A stretch of 59,489 bases of DNA from Octopus bimaculoides (GCF_001194135.2 NC_068987.1:81925020-81984508), one strand, 5' to 3'; counted from the stretch's first letter, positions 37,683 to 51,926 are shown. Notes: generated from the sequence alone by a model not told the origin. Numbers and translations: made by a program.

Positions 37683-37867
37683 TGCCACTACAGCTGCTGG
37701 ACGATTTTTGTCTGCTATTGATATGCTTTTTTTAACATTTTAGATTTACAAGAGATATCATCTCAAAACAACTATCATAGTTTAGCAGGCTTTCAACCAT
37801 GTATCTGCCTAAAATTTAATTCAAATTGATATATATATATATATATATTTATATGTATATATGTACG

Positions 37868-37899
<32 letters not shown>

Positions 37900-39992
37900 T
37901 ATATAAACATTGCTTTTATTTCCTTATATATAATCTGATATATTTATAACTAAAGCAAAAACAATCAACAATCATCTAAGTACGAGAGTATTACTCTACA
38001 CCAAAGGTGATATGGTCCTTTGCAAAAAGTCAACAACTGTTTTGTAGGTTTTTTTTTAGTATTTTCTAAAGCTTAAATGGAAACTCATCTACTTCAATAC
38101 AGGTTTAGCTTAATACCGACTTTGCTGGCTTTTCTTTGAGAAGTTACTAAGGATAGTTAGAATCACAATGAGGATTACTTGCCAGGAAACTTAAAAGAGA
38201 TCATGGTGAGAAGATTATTGAAATGGATACAAAATGCTCTGCAGAACAAACAGAGGAAGATTTTATGGTGCATTAAAATTACCAAGAATCTAACCTAATT
38301 TTTGTTTTCATTTCATGCTTTTCTAATAGAATGTCCTTTAGAAGCTGGCAATTCTTTCTATTTTTCTAAATCTCTGTTTATCTTTAAATAAAATATAGGT
38401 ACAGGTATAACCATGATGGTATGAATTTTACTTTGCAATCAATGCTTCCAGGTTCAATCCCCTGCACTTCACAGCAAATGAAAGTATATCTCCTGTATCA
38501 TAGTCTCAGTTTGATTAATATCTTGAGAGAGGAATTTAGCAAACAGAAACTCTCATATAGCACAGGTAGAATAAATACTGAAAATGTGTATATATATATA
38601 TATTCACACACACACACACACACACTTACAAAAACACACACGCACATATGAATATACTTGTCCATCCTTTATAAGTGTGGAAAAGCAAATGTAAAATGAC
38701 GATGATGATGATGTTAGTGTTGGTGGGGGTGATGGTGTTGATGATGATTGTTCTTATCTCAAATTCCTGTTTAGTTTGATTTCATCTGAAATTCCTATTC
38801 TGATTTTCTTCTCAAATTCAAAAAATACTGCACATTCTGACTGTTTTGACATCAGAGTATTTGCAACGATCATTAATCTATTTAACTTTAATATTAAACT
38901 CGATCAAAAACATTTTGTAACTTAATAAATTAGCAAGATATTGTCAATATTCTTTACAATCAAATAAAACTCAATAAACATGTCTTGATCTTTCAATTCT
39001 AAAACATTTTCTTCATGTGTTTCATTTTGTCTTCTTTCAGTGATTTTTATTCTCTTTACTTCAAACCTTGCTTTTGCCTTTTTATGTTCTTTTCTTGTGT
39101 CATTTTACAGTATGCCAATTTCACATTGAGCATTGAATTTTTGTAATATTCTCCATCTTATTTCTGCAGTTTGAAGTTAAGCAGTTGTTCTGCAATAGAA
39201 TTCCACTCTGCTTGTCTTACACTTACCTGTACTATGGGCTGAAAAGTCAGCTCTTCACTTCTTTACTGTTAAACTATCACTTTCTTTTTCTCCTTTATAA
39301 TTTTCAAGGAATCACATCATTCTTTCCTTTGGTTTCTATCTGTTTATCTACCTATCTATTTCTCTCCCTTGTTATCTATCTACCTATTTCTCTTTCTCTA
39401 TCTACCTATCTATTTCTCTCACTCTCTCTATCTGTATATATACAAACATGCATGCAAACCCATATCTCCTTTCCTTTTTTTTCTCAATCAAAATCTTCCT
39501 CCACACCTGTCCTCTTTTTCTCAATCATTCACTCACTCTCTGTAATTTTAACATATTACCTCACTTTTCCTATTGTAAAGCTCTGCCTTTCTTTTTCCCA
39601 CTTTTACTCTCTTATTCAAGCAATCTCATCATATCTCAATCTATCTTCCATCATTTCCTATATTTCACTGTCTTCTTGCCTGACTAATTGACTGCAACCT
39701 GCTCTTTGGTTGTTTCTTTCCTTCCTTCCTACCCAATGTTAATCTGCCACCTATCCATTTATCTTTCAAATGATTTCTTTCTCTCTCCTCCACTTCCCTC
39801 AGTACAACCAATGCTTTCTCTTTTTATGTTACTTATTTTATCATATTACCTTTCTAATTAACTTCACTCTTATAGAACTTTTTCTATCTTTTTTCCATCA
39901 GTTTTCTTTTACTTATGCTATCACTTTGTCTCTCATTTTAAAAAATCCTTTTTTTCTATTTACCTGGTTATAAACATATATATATAGATATA

Positions 39993-40034
<42 letters not shown>

Positions 40035-40344
40035 TGTGTATATGAGTATGTGTGTGTTGTTAAAAAGCTTACTTTCCAACTATGGAGTATCGGGTTCAGT
40101 TCCAGAGTACAACATGTTGGGGAAGTGTCTTGTAAACTAGTTCCAAGTCAACCAAAGCCTTTTGAGTAGATTGAAATTGAAAAACCTGGTCATATACATA
40201 CATACTGATATAAATACACATATACATACATACATACGTGCATGGATGCATACATATACAATGTGTAGGGAATAAATTGTCATCTACATTACGCAAAAAG
40301 GAAATCAACACTGATGTCTCATTTTAACAGGTATATTTATTAAA

Positions 40345-40860
40345 ATTACATATTACATTTAATAAAATCACCATTGGCTTCAACTACGGCCTCCAAATGA
40401 CTTTGAAATTTCCTGCAATTCTTCTGGACAGTTTCTTTGTTTAAGTTTGTGAATGCTGCCATAACCCTTGGCTTCAGTTCATCTTTGGTGTTACAAGGAG
40501 TTTTGTTGCTCTCTCTCTCTCGCTTAACTGTGCCCCACACATAATAAATCAATGGGGGTTACAGTCTGGGGAGTTAGGTGGTCAGATGTTAGGGGTGGTG
40601 TTGCCACAGAGATTGTACGACAGCCATGATTGGATTCTCCTGTTTGTGTGGCATGGTACAGAGTCCTGTTGCCAGATATAGGATCTTCTAGCAGCCACCC
40701 TCTTGACCCAAGGCAGTACTACCTCCTCCGGGCACTTGATGTCGGTCTCCATGTTGAATGTGAGGCCATGTGGGAAGATGAATGGAGGCATAACTTCGCC
40801 ATCACTAGTGATCACTTCAAACACCATGATGTTGATTGGATGTTTGATTTTTATCACTCT
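40345..40860 (-). pseudogene. maT-type (DD37D) Tc1/mariner transposase fragment
   Basis: KHPINIMVFEVITSDG...WQQDSVPCHT...PPNSPDCNP..YYVWG...FQSHLEAVVEANGDFI; 37 residues between the last two acidic residues after repairing a stop and a frameshift. Confidence 0.8.
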
Positions 40861-43582
40861 CGGTACATGTCCTCAGATTGACACCCAAACATTCTGAAAT
40901 GTTCATAGTGGAGCTTCTGGGGTGAATACCAAGCAGTACAGCATGTTGTTTTCAAATTTCTAGTAGAGCGAATTGCATCATGGTACTGCTTTCCTCACAG
41001 ATGGTACCCGACTGACCCTACTATACTGTGTAGTCAACAAAATGAAAAACAAACAATATGCACGTGTGAAATTAAAAATACAAAATGGCAACAATTTACC
41101 CATCGCACCCTGTATATATCCATTGCACTTTAGCATTCTACTAATCTATTATCTATCTAATCTAATCTAATCTACCTCACTTTCAAGTCCATTCTTTTTC
41201 TCTCTTTTCACATTCCTATAGTGTAACAGAAAGAGGGAAACCAGTAAAAGAAAAAAAATATTAGGGACGTGTCAGTTGGCCTTTTATAATATTGATTAAT
41301 GTTTGACTGTACAAGCAATGTCATTAATACATTTCCTTTAGAACTCAAAGAGAAAAATATGGCAACGGAAAGTAAATGGAAATGTGCTTTACAATGTATT
41401 GATTTTGTTATTTAGAATTTATCAATGCAACACTGGATTCAACCAGTGATGACATCAGCAAACTTTTAAAATTTTCATATAAAATTATGAAAATTTATTG
41501 TTCATTTTACAAGAATGCAAAAAGATTTCAATCAAAGAGGACATAATTCTTTCATATGACAAATAAAACACAAAAGTTCTTAAGCCATCCATTATTCCCT
41601 GAAAAAACACAACCATTCTTAAATCATTGACTTCAGATTCTCATGCATAATTGCTAAAGACTCAAGAAAGTGTTAGTTCCAGCATATGAGAAGTGGGATA
41701 ACAATGCCACAATAAATAAAACGTACCAAGTTAAATATTTATTGTAGAAGTCATTGTGAAAGCTTAGGATCAAATATTTGTTAACTTTAGCTGTTGATTT
41801 TTTTTTCCCTGTATAACACTACTTCAATGTGTTTCATATTTAAATGGTAGATTTGCAACAATTCATGTAAAATGATGATAATTTTGTGACAAAGCAGGTC
41901 TGAAATTATTGGTTGTTTTTAATTTCATAGCAAATGAGATTTGCCATATCTTGTTAAATGTAAACCATGTCATGCTGATGATTTCAACAAAGAATGAAAT
42001 AGTGCCATACAAGATTACCACTGACTTGAAATTTTAAAAACTTTTCAATATGTACTAATTTCAGAGAAACTAGGATCACATCCAATGTGTTATTTTCTAA
42101 GATGGTAGGGTGTGATTTAGGGGAGAGTTAGCCATTATTTCTAACTGAAGGGTCAATCAACCTCATAAATGCTCTTTCATTTGCTGGTATGCATGAAACG
42201 TAGGTGTGAAGTTTAAACAAAAATATAACTGAAAATAAGGTTTAATGCAACAACCTAAGTGTGATTATTTTTAAAAGTAGAACTTTTCCCATCAAATGCT
42301 ACTTACTGGAAATGTTTAACCTGGACCATACCTGTTTCAACGGACCTAAGATGAAAAACATTCTAGCCGTGATCATCCTGTATTTTTGGTGTTATTTTTC
42401 TTATAATGTATTCATTTCTATATAATCCTTTTTTTATTTTTTGATTATATTATCCAAATGGGTTTCCCTTTGAAAGACAGTAGGAGATTTGGTTGTTATC
42501 TCTAGCATGTTAAGTGACCAAACAAAGGCTTCCTCATTGATACAACAGATATCAATCATTGAAATCTGATGTGTCTCCACCCAACACCACCCCTGGTTTT
42601 ATGATACAAAGTCCTGATTTTAAAGTGATCTAAATTAAAACCACCCCAACAAAAAGTTCATGCTAATTTATGTTCGAAACATCAGCTTAATAAAGAAACA
42701 ATTATTTCTCTAATTGTTCATTATTTTCAAAATTAATTGAAGCAAAAGCATTGTGTTTCAACAGAAATATGGTAACAAAAGGTTAATGTTTTCTGCTGCT
42801 GCTGCTGCTGCTGCTGTCATCATTATCACTGTCGGTATTGTTTAGCTCCCAGCTCAATATTTGTCAAGAAGACCCATGATTAATAGTATTCTAGCCATCA
42901 TCATTGCATTCTTTATTTCCAGGGACTGTGTATCTAAAACTACATTATTCAATGGTATCATTCCTTCTTTTTAAAGATTAACAGGTGTGATTTGATGGAA
43001 ATTTGGTAATTATTTCTATCAGGCTGAAGAGATCAAACAGATAAAGATTTCCTTGTCATTGGGTGTCATAACATTAAGAGATTTTCTTTGGAAACAAGAC
43101 TAGAATTGGTTGCTTTTTATTTTTACAAGTTTGCATAAGATTCTTGGCTTTCACCCAAGCTGTCTAGATTTGGTTCTCAGTATGGGAACTATTTCATTAG
43201 GCATAGACATGACTGTAGTTAAAAAGCTCACTTTGTAGCCACATAGTTTTAGGTTCAATCTCATTGTGTGGCACCTAAGGCAAATGTTTTCTGTTATACC
43301 CATGGACCTACCAATGCCAGGCAACCAAAGGTGGTAGATGGAGACTGCATGGAAGCCTGTCATGTGTTTGTTTGTGTAATTGTGTGTGTATTTACGTGCA
43401 TGTGTATGTGTATTTGCATGTATGCGTGTGTTTTTGTGTCTGTCCCTGTAACTTTGCAGTTTGGCAAAAGAAATCAATAGAATAGCACACTAAGCCCTTC
43501 AAAGTGTTGCCCCAGCATGACCACAGTCCAGTGACTAAAACAAATAATAGGTAAAAGATAATATCTTTACAGAACCAACATA

Positions 43583-43781
43583 ATATTCTTTTCTACTCTA
43601 GGCACAAGGCTCAAAATTTTTGGGGAGGGGGCCAGTCGATTAGATCGACCCCAATATACAACCTCGAAAAGATGAAAGGCAAAGTCAACCTTGGCGGAAT
43701 TTGAACTCAGAACGTAAAGACAGACGAAATACTGCTAAGCATTTTGCCCAGCAGGGTAACGTTTCGGCCAGCTTGCTGCCT
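43583..43781 (-). mobile_element. SINE family D
   Basis: Reverse complement of head and body. Confidence 0.75.
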
Positions 43782-44549
43782 TAGAATTAACATGATATTA
43801 CATAAGATAAGCCAATATAGCATTGGTTATCTTTATGCTATTGGTGTATGAATATCTAATGATAGGTGCACGTGTGGCTGTGTGGTCAGAAGCTTGCTTC
43901 CCAACATCATGGTTCTGGGTTCAGTCCCACTGCATGGCACCTTGGGCAAGTGTCTTCTACTATTGCCTCAGACAATAGTAGAAGACTAGAAATGAAGGGC
44001 ACCCCTTGTATGATGATGATGCTCTCTTACAATCACCATGTGATGTTAGGGCAAAGAGAGAGTAACATACATACATGCAGTTACACCCACACATGCATAT
44101 ATGTATGTAAATATATGTATATATTCATACATATATCCATCCATACGCACATATATACATACATACACACACACACACATATACATATATATATATATAT
44201 ATATANNNNNNNNNNATATATATATATATATATATATACATACATACATGCATACACACATACATATATGTTATAATTTAGAAAAAACAGTGAAAGGGTG
44301 TCATTATAGTACTCAGAGTTTCCAATGTTGGAGCGAAGAGCTACGATACATTCTCGGCTATTAATGATAGCAGATGCAATGAAAAACCATTGAATAAAAG
44401 TGAAGTCACTCTAATAGGTAGAAAAAGAAAAAAGATAAAAAACACACACAGCTATATTCTCACAATACAGAGACATAAACCTCCTGCGTTCACGTCTACA
44501 TACATACATACTCACACAAACATGTATGCATACATGTACATACACACAC

Positions 44550-44610
44550 ACACAAACATATATGTATGTACATACTCATACACACATATTCACACACACA
44601 CATGCACAAG

Positions 44611-44668
<58 letters not shown>

Positions 44669-45745
44669 CAACCTCATCCTCATATACACATAGGTGCTTA
44701 CATGCATACATATAACATAATACATATATATATATATAGACACTTATACATATATATATATACAAACATATGCATATCCATATAAACGAAGGGAGCATGT
44801 GCATAAAAGTTGCACATATGCACCGGACACAGTCTTACACTCATATACATATATACATATATTATATATACATACACACACACACACACACATGTACACA
44901 CTCACAAAAGGAAAAAAAATATATTAAAAAATTTTAATTAATAAAAGTTAAAACATATGGGAAAGCTTGTGCAGGAACATAGTAGAAATGTGGATTCCAG
45001 TTGTGATTTTGGGGGGGCCCAAAACTGTAACAGGTGTTTTGTGACATGTGGACATGATCCAAAGAGTTCAGTTCTTGAATTTAGACATGAAGCAGGGTCC
45101 AAGGAACTTTTCCAGAGGAGCCATCTTTCCATATTACAAAGACCATACTTGCCACTACCGTTGGTACAAGGTTTACACTTAGCTACGATCTTCCTGAAAA
45201 TCTTATAGTTGACACCTTGTTCTTTTAAGAACCATATATAACTGGATAATCTGGTAGATTTTCATTTGTTCCAGTTTCTGAAGCTTAAGGTGTTATTGTT
45301 GAATCTTGCTTTGAAATTTCCCTCTGTGAGACCCACATATCTCTTGGATGAAACTGTATTATTAGTGTTCGTGGAATTTATGGTGGCATCATAAATAATG
45401 GCCTCAGTCATTCATGCTCCATTTAGTGGGCACATGTCTTTATCCCTGCAGGAACAGCCAGCTTCTTGTTGCTGTGTTGCATTGTGTGTAATTATGCTTT
45501 TGAAGTTTGGGGTGGAACTAAAACTAATTCTTAGGTTATGCCTAATAAAAAGTTTTCTATATTTGTGATATATTGGAAAATGCCTATCTATTGTGTGAGT
45601 GTGTATATATATGTATATGTGTATGTGTATATTTATATATATGAGTGTAAGACTGTGTCCAGTGTACATGTGCAACTTTCATGCGCACACCCCCTCATTT
45701 ATACAGATGTGCATGTTTATATATATGCGGGAGTGTGAATGTATG

Positions 45746-45812
<67 letters not shown>

Positions 45813-46000
45813 GTATATTTATACATGTCTAAATATGTATTATGTTACATGTATATGTGTAAGCACCTATGTGTATATGAGGATGAGGTTGCATACACAC
45901 ACACACACATATGTGTGTGTGTGGATATGTGTGTATTTGTGCCGGCACAAATATATATCTATATATGTTTATGTGTACATACATGCATATATGTAATATA
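44550..46000. repeat. Microsatellite-rich inverted repeats (~44550-44905 and ~45590-46000) flanking a PLE fragment
   Basis: The unique cores GCAACCTCATCCTCATATACACATAGGTGCTTAC and GGACACAGTCTTACACTCATATA recur reverse-complemented in the right arm. Confidence 0.75.
45020..45575 (-). pseudogene. Penelope-like element C-terminus: linker Cys cluster plus GIY-YIG endonuclease
   Basis: HKYRKLF...SFSSTPNFKSIITHN...CSCRDKDMCPLNGA*...IIYDATI...RYVGLTEGNFKARFNN...SFR...LSSYIW.LK...LCNME...LNSRTELFGSCPH; two internal stops. Confidence 0.85.
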
Positions 46001-46331
46001 TATATTTATATATGTGTATGTGAGTGTGTGCATATATACATATATATATATACTTTCAGATTTTGTCTAGCGTATCCACTCACAAAGCTTTACTTGGTTC
46101 TGAGCTTTAGTAGAATACACTTGATTAAGGGTGCCACACAGTGGAATTGAACCTTAAATCTATGAAACCATGTGGTTATAATGCAAACACCTTAACCACA
46201 AACCCATGCTTGTGCTATGTATATATATAAATACATATATATAAATGTATGTTTATCTATCTAGCTATGTATCTATCTGTCCATCCATCTATCTATCTAT
46301 TTATCTATCCATCCATCCATTTATCTATCTA

Positions 46332-46393
<62 letters not shown>

Positions 46394-47880
46394 AACATAC
46401 ATAAATGTATACACATGTATTTTATTTATTTATTCATAACCAACACTATTGGCAATCTAGTAATTATTGATCAATAAGTATTATCACAGCAGCTCAACAC
46501 TGCTTTAAACAATCCCTTCTCTCAATTCGGTTCCATTTACTATAGATACTATCGCTGCAATAATGGCACCTCTTTCATGATTCCATAACAGTTCTTAAGA
46601 CGGTACATGCTCTTACATCATACTTCTAAATTTTTAAAAACAACCCCTTTTACATTTGTGTTATGGTAAGCAGTGTAAAATGTGATGAGAATAATGTTGA
46701 GCACATCATTTCATTTAGTTTTATCTGTCATTCTTGCTTTCCTAAATAAAACAATTCCTTTATACATCTTTATTCTGCTGGAATTCTATTAATTTCTCGA
46801 GGGCAAACATTGTATTAAAAATAGGTTTCAATCACGCAAATTTTGAAATAGCATTTATTACTGCCTGTTTTAGGGAGAAAACAAAAATATAAAAATTGAA
46901 CACACACACACAAAAAAGAAAAAAAAAATTGATATTTTCAGTCACAATATCTTTATTTATTCATTTTTTATTTATTCATTTTTTATTTATTCATTTATTT
47001 ATTTACTATCTTTCATGACTTTTGACAAAGCCATCAGGCTTGCACTTGTCAAAAAATTCTTGCAGAACTGGTAAAAAGAGACAAATACATTACAAAGAAG
47101 ACTAAAAGGAATTTCTGATTGGTTGCTTCTTCATAACTCTATTTGTTCAACATATGTTGGCTGCTGTTCATGTATTTGAAACAGGTTTTCTCTTTTTTTC
47201 TTCTTTTAAATCACTTGCATGAACCAACCATTGTGCATCATATATAAATTTCAAGTCTCTCAGAGATATTGTTATTTAAGAAAAAAAAAAGAAAAAAAAA
47301 AAAGAAATTTCAGTAAGAATTTTAAATGATTCCATAAATATTGTCTGTAAGTAATTCAATTATTCATATAATACTTCCTCATTGTCATACTTTTATCATT
47401 ATTCTGAATAAAAAAATCTTAACCCTTTTTGATATCAACATGTCTAGAACTGCTGATGATCCAATGGTACAAAGCTATCTGCTATAATGAGTCCATAATT
47501 TTAGTAAAAAAAAAACCCTTCCATCATGATTTTAAATAGCAAACTTGTAAAGAGGTGTTCCTGACATCAGCTTGATAGTAACAAGAAAATTACTTCATTA
47601 AATCCCTCCAAATTCCCAGTTATCTTCAATATTAATTGAAATACAACAGTAGCATATTTCATTAGAAATAGGATAACAAAGTTAATTTAAGATAATTTTG
47701 AAGAAACAATATAGGTGCATGGCTAAATAGTAAGAGGCTTGCTTCCAAACCATGTGATTTGGGTTCAGTCCTGTGGTGTGACACCTTAAGCAAACATCTA
47801 ATCTTATATATGGAGTTCGTTGATGAGAACTGAAAGAAGGGTACAGTACACACACACACACACACAAACACACATATATA

Positions 47881-47881
47881 T

Positions 47882-47922
<41 letters not shown>

Positions 47923-48178
47923 TGCTTAATGTCCACTTTCCATGCTGGCATGGATTGGACAGTTTGACTGAAGACTGGCAAGCCAGGAGGCTGCACCAGG
48001 CTCCAATCTGATCAGGCCAGGTTTCTACAGCTGGATGCCCTTCCTAACACCAGCCAGTCTGAGAATGTAGTGGTTGTTTTTTTACATGTCACCAGCATGG
48101 GAGTCAGTCAGGCGGCACAGGCATCGACCACACGTGAATGGTGCTCTTTACGTGCCACCAGCATGGGAGCCAGTCAGA
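47881..48178 (-). mobile_element. RTE 3' end
   Basis: (CAT)n tail plus terminus. Confidence 0.75.
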
Positions 48179-48190
48179 TATATATATAAA

Positions 48191-49008
48191 AGAAAAAGAA
48201 GAAAATGGAGAAATTGACATATAGACATCAATTTATTGAAACAAATCCAATTTCGAAACAATATCAAACTCATAAAACTCACAATTGTTTCCATGACCAA
48301 TCAATTCAAATTAGAAAAATTAAATTAAAGATTCATATTGAATTATAGCTAATTGAATATTTCGTCAGGGTCAGAACTTGATAGAAAAAGAAACTACATT
48401 CCAATGTGTTGATATATCAATGGTAGACTCTGCATTAAATACAGATATGTTTGCTTGTGCATTCTAATGTATTTTTAATGTATACATTATGTGTATATGC
48501 AACTTTGTTCTAATTTATCTGTGTGTGTGTGTGTGTGTGTTAACATGTTGAAAAACAAAGGCGCCATTAAGTTGCTTAAATGATATTTTGATATAGTTAA
48601 TTGTAATTAAAAACATTTATTCCTGATTTGCATTATTACATGTGAGATACGAAATGTCAGCAAAGTTTATTAATCACTTACGAATTATATTGCAAGTTAC
48701 CTAGTTATAACCTCTGGTATTAATAGTTAAATACTAATTTTTTTATTTCTATAATTTAAAACATAAATCATAGTTACTTTAACTATGTACCACATGACCA
48801 TGATGAAACTCAATCTGTTTACATAACAAGGTAGCTGTATATTACATCAATAAGACCTGTGTAGAATATATTTTTTTCTAATTTGAATTAATTGATTGGA
48901 CATGGAAACAATTGTAAGTTCTATGAGTTTGATATTGTTCGAAATTGGATTTTTTTTTTCAATAAATTGATGTCTATATGTCAATTTCTCCATTTTCATC
49001 TTTTTCTT
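48191..49008. repeat. ~130-bp inverted repeats with ~550-bp spacer (long-TIR MITE-like)
   Basis: 48191-48319 is reverse-complemented at ~48873-49008. Confidence 0.75.
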
Positions 49009-49099
49009 ATACATAAATGGTAACATACCCATATCCATCAATGTGATGCTAACAACTTTTAGTATTTCACACGTGAAAAGACATGTCAAAAAGGGTAAC

Positions 49100-49255
49100 T
49101 CTGACCCTGTGACGGACTTGCCTTCCAATCAGGGGTTACATTGGCCTGCTCACCTAACCAATGAAGCGGCATTCTTCAAAAGCTAAAACAAAGCAAAGCG
49201 CATTGTGACCAGCGATGTATAACAACATCCAACAGTCTCTGGTCGGTTACATGAT
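49100..49255 (+). mobile_element. SINE family F 3' part (V-SINE-like motif)
   Basis: GACCCTGTGACGGACTTGCCTTCCAATCAGGGG; matches 21093-21250 in reverse. Confidence 0.55.
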
Positions 49256-49287
49256 ATTGTATATTGTATATAATAATGCACGAAGTA

Positions 49288-49498
49288 CAGGGTGTCCATA
49301 AATTACTGTTACAAATTGAAAAAATGAGAAAAGAATGCAAAATAAAGATAACTCAACAAAGTTTATTGGGAAAGAAATATGGTTTTATTAAAAGCATCAG
49401 AACACTTCCATGTGGGCGCCATTAGTTGCATGCAACACATGAAGATAATACAATGCAATAAATTGCGGAAGTTGTAAAGATAATTTACAAACACCTTG
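49288..49498. mobile_element. Tc1/mariner-type MITE (degraded)
   Basis: TA|CAGGGTGTCCATAAATTA ... TAATTTACAAACACCTTG|TA. Confidence 0.6.
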
Positions 49499-49828
49499 TA
49501 TATAGTAACATATGAAGTTTTGTCTCTTGGGATGAGGAAGAGTAAACATCATAACCTATTTGCAGTGACTCCCATCATGAAGATTCCGTTATATTTTTCA
49601 TAGTGGAAATATATTGAAACTGAGCTAATGAAAGCAAAGTCTTGAATGGCTTTTCATTCACTGCAGTACCTTGATAAACTGAGATTAAGCAGTTTATTTT
49701 ACTCACAGGGGAAGGAATTTAAATCAACACTGCAAATGAAGAAAGCAGGGTGTTTCTCAATGATATGCATATTTCTTTCTTTCTATCTGTCTGTCTGTCT
49801 ATTTACCTATCTACCTATATATCCACCC

Positions 49829-49870
<42 letters not shown>

Positions 49871-49944
49871 TTATCTATCTATCTATTTATCTATCTATCC
49901 ATCCATCCACAACACTATGGAATAAGAACAGAAAAAAATGGTAT

Positions 49945-50300
49945 CAGCACATGCCAGAAAAGGTCACAGAAAATGAGAAAGTAACCATGCTGGTGACATG
50001 TGAAAAGCACCATTTGAGCATGATCGTTGCCAGCGTCACCTTACTGGCACATGTACCAGTGGCACATGAAAAACAACATTCGAGCATGATTGCTGCCAGT
50101 GCCACTGGACTGGCTCCCGGACAGATAGCACGTAAAAACACCTTTTGAGGGTGGTCGTTGCCAGAACCACCTGACTGGTCCTCATGCCGGTGGCACGTAA
50201 AAGCACCTACTATACGCTCGGAGTGGTTGGCGTTAGGAAGGGTATCCAGCTGTAGAAACTTTGCCAGATCAGATTGAACTTGGCGCAGCCTCTGGCTCAC
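49945..50300 (+). mobile_element. RTE 3' UTR with ~4 modules, 3'-truncated
   Basis: Modules plus GGAAGGGTATCCAGCTG. Confidence 0.7.
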
Positions 50301-50319
50301 CTGTCCTCATTCAAACCAT

Positions 50320-50404
50320 GGGACTTGGCACCGTCCCATAACTCCAAACAGACACAACATTGGATTCAGAAAAACATTCCCTCATTCATAGGCAAGGATG
50401 TATG
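50320..50404 (+). pseudogene. Short maT-like transposase fragment
   Basis: DLAPSHNSKQTQHWIQKNIPSFIGKDV, cut by a gap. Confidence 0.5.
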
Positions 50405-50501
50405 NNNNNNNNNNNNNNNNNNNNNNNNNNNNNNNNNNNNNNNNNNNNNNNNNNNNNNNNNNNNNNNNNNNNNNNNNNNNNNNNNNNNNNNNNNNNNNNN
50501 N

Positions 50502-50542
<41 letters not shown>

Positions 50543-51550
50543 TAACTAAATACTGGGATTGATATAGACTAAAGTCCCTTTACATGGCTGTAGCTAAATG
50601 AATGAAAAGTGTAGAAGAACTTATATAATGCCTATTGTTAATAAATCTTGATATTTCAAAGTCTTTTCTCTTCTTGGAAGAAGATGACAAAATTGAACAC
50701 TTAGCTGATATCCAAGGATTCTTTAGATTTGAACAACATTATTATATGCAATAATATCTGACAATCATTGCTATATTTTCATTGATGCTTTTAAAGTTGC
50801 CAATAACATTTTTTTCAGCGTATTGATAATTCAGATGTTGTAGGGTTAATAGTTTATCAAGGATAATTTTATAGTGCTGTGAGCTCTTTAACAGGTATCC
50901 ACCCTTTATTGTTGACTCAGCTAAGTGCATCATTCCTGCAGCCTTCATATAATGATATGCCAGTGAGATAATAATAACTTCCATATGGCATTTAATCCTG
51001 AAATTCTACCAAAGATGGTTTAATCATTTCGTAATTATATTTTCCATGAAAGACACTGGCTATGTGCTTTTATTAATTTTGAAAATAATAAAGAATTTGC
51101 ATTTAATAAAATAACTTTTATATTTATTGCTATATTAAGCTGGGCGTTTGGGAGAAGACTTAACAAGAAGTTGTTGCATAAAATTATGAAGGAAGGTTTT
51201 AATTTAAATATAAGCATCTAAAAACAAGCATTCTTTTATTCTTTTGCTCTTTTACTTGTTTCAGTTATCAAACTGCTGGGGCACCACTTTGAAGAATTTT
51301 AGTTGAATGAATCGACCCCAGTACTCGCCTTTTTTTTTAAAGCCTGTCACTTATTCTAATTGTCCTTTTGTTGAACTGTTATGTTATGGGGATGTAAACA
51401 CACCAACAACAGTTGTCAATCAGTGGTGGGGGACAAACATACACACACTCACAGAGGTTGTTTATAAATTACCTTTACAATTCAATACAATAAATTGTGG
51501 AAGTCGTAAAGGTAATTGATGGACACTATATCTATATATATACATATATA

Positions 51551-51816
51551 TATTCTGTTGTGTCTGGGGAGAGTCATTTTCTTTCTGTGCCTTATAATTT
51601 AACACTCACCAGTAAAATTTCCACTTATTTCTTATTTTCCTAAAATTTTCGTTGCATCTTGCAACCTTTTCAATAGTCTTGACTACTGGAAAGGTTGCAA
51701 GATGCAACGAAAATTTTAGGAAAATAAAAATAAGAAATAAGTGGAAATTTTACCGGTGAGTGTGTTAAATTATAAGGCACAAAAAGAAAATGACTCTCTC
51801 GAGACACAACAGAATA
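51551..51816. mobile_element. Near-perfect palindromic MITE
   Basis: TATTCTGTTGTGTC...GACACAACAGAATA; pairing extends to the central TAGTC-TT-GACTA; TA/TG flanks. Confidence 0.8.
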
Positions 51817-51926
51817 TGCTTCAACACATGAACTCACATAATGAATCTTGTAAACCAAATCCAAAAATGAAATATATATATATATATATCAGTTTATTTT
51901 ACTTTATCTCAACAAAAGCAATACAG

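Noticed and set aside
50742-50984. 80-aa minus-strand ORF as exon or transposase
   Set aside because: No recognisable motif or splice signals.
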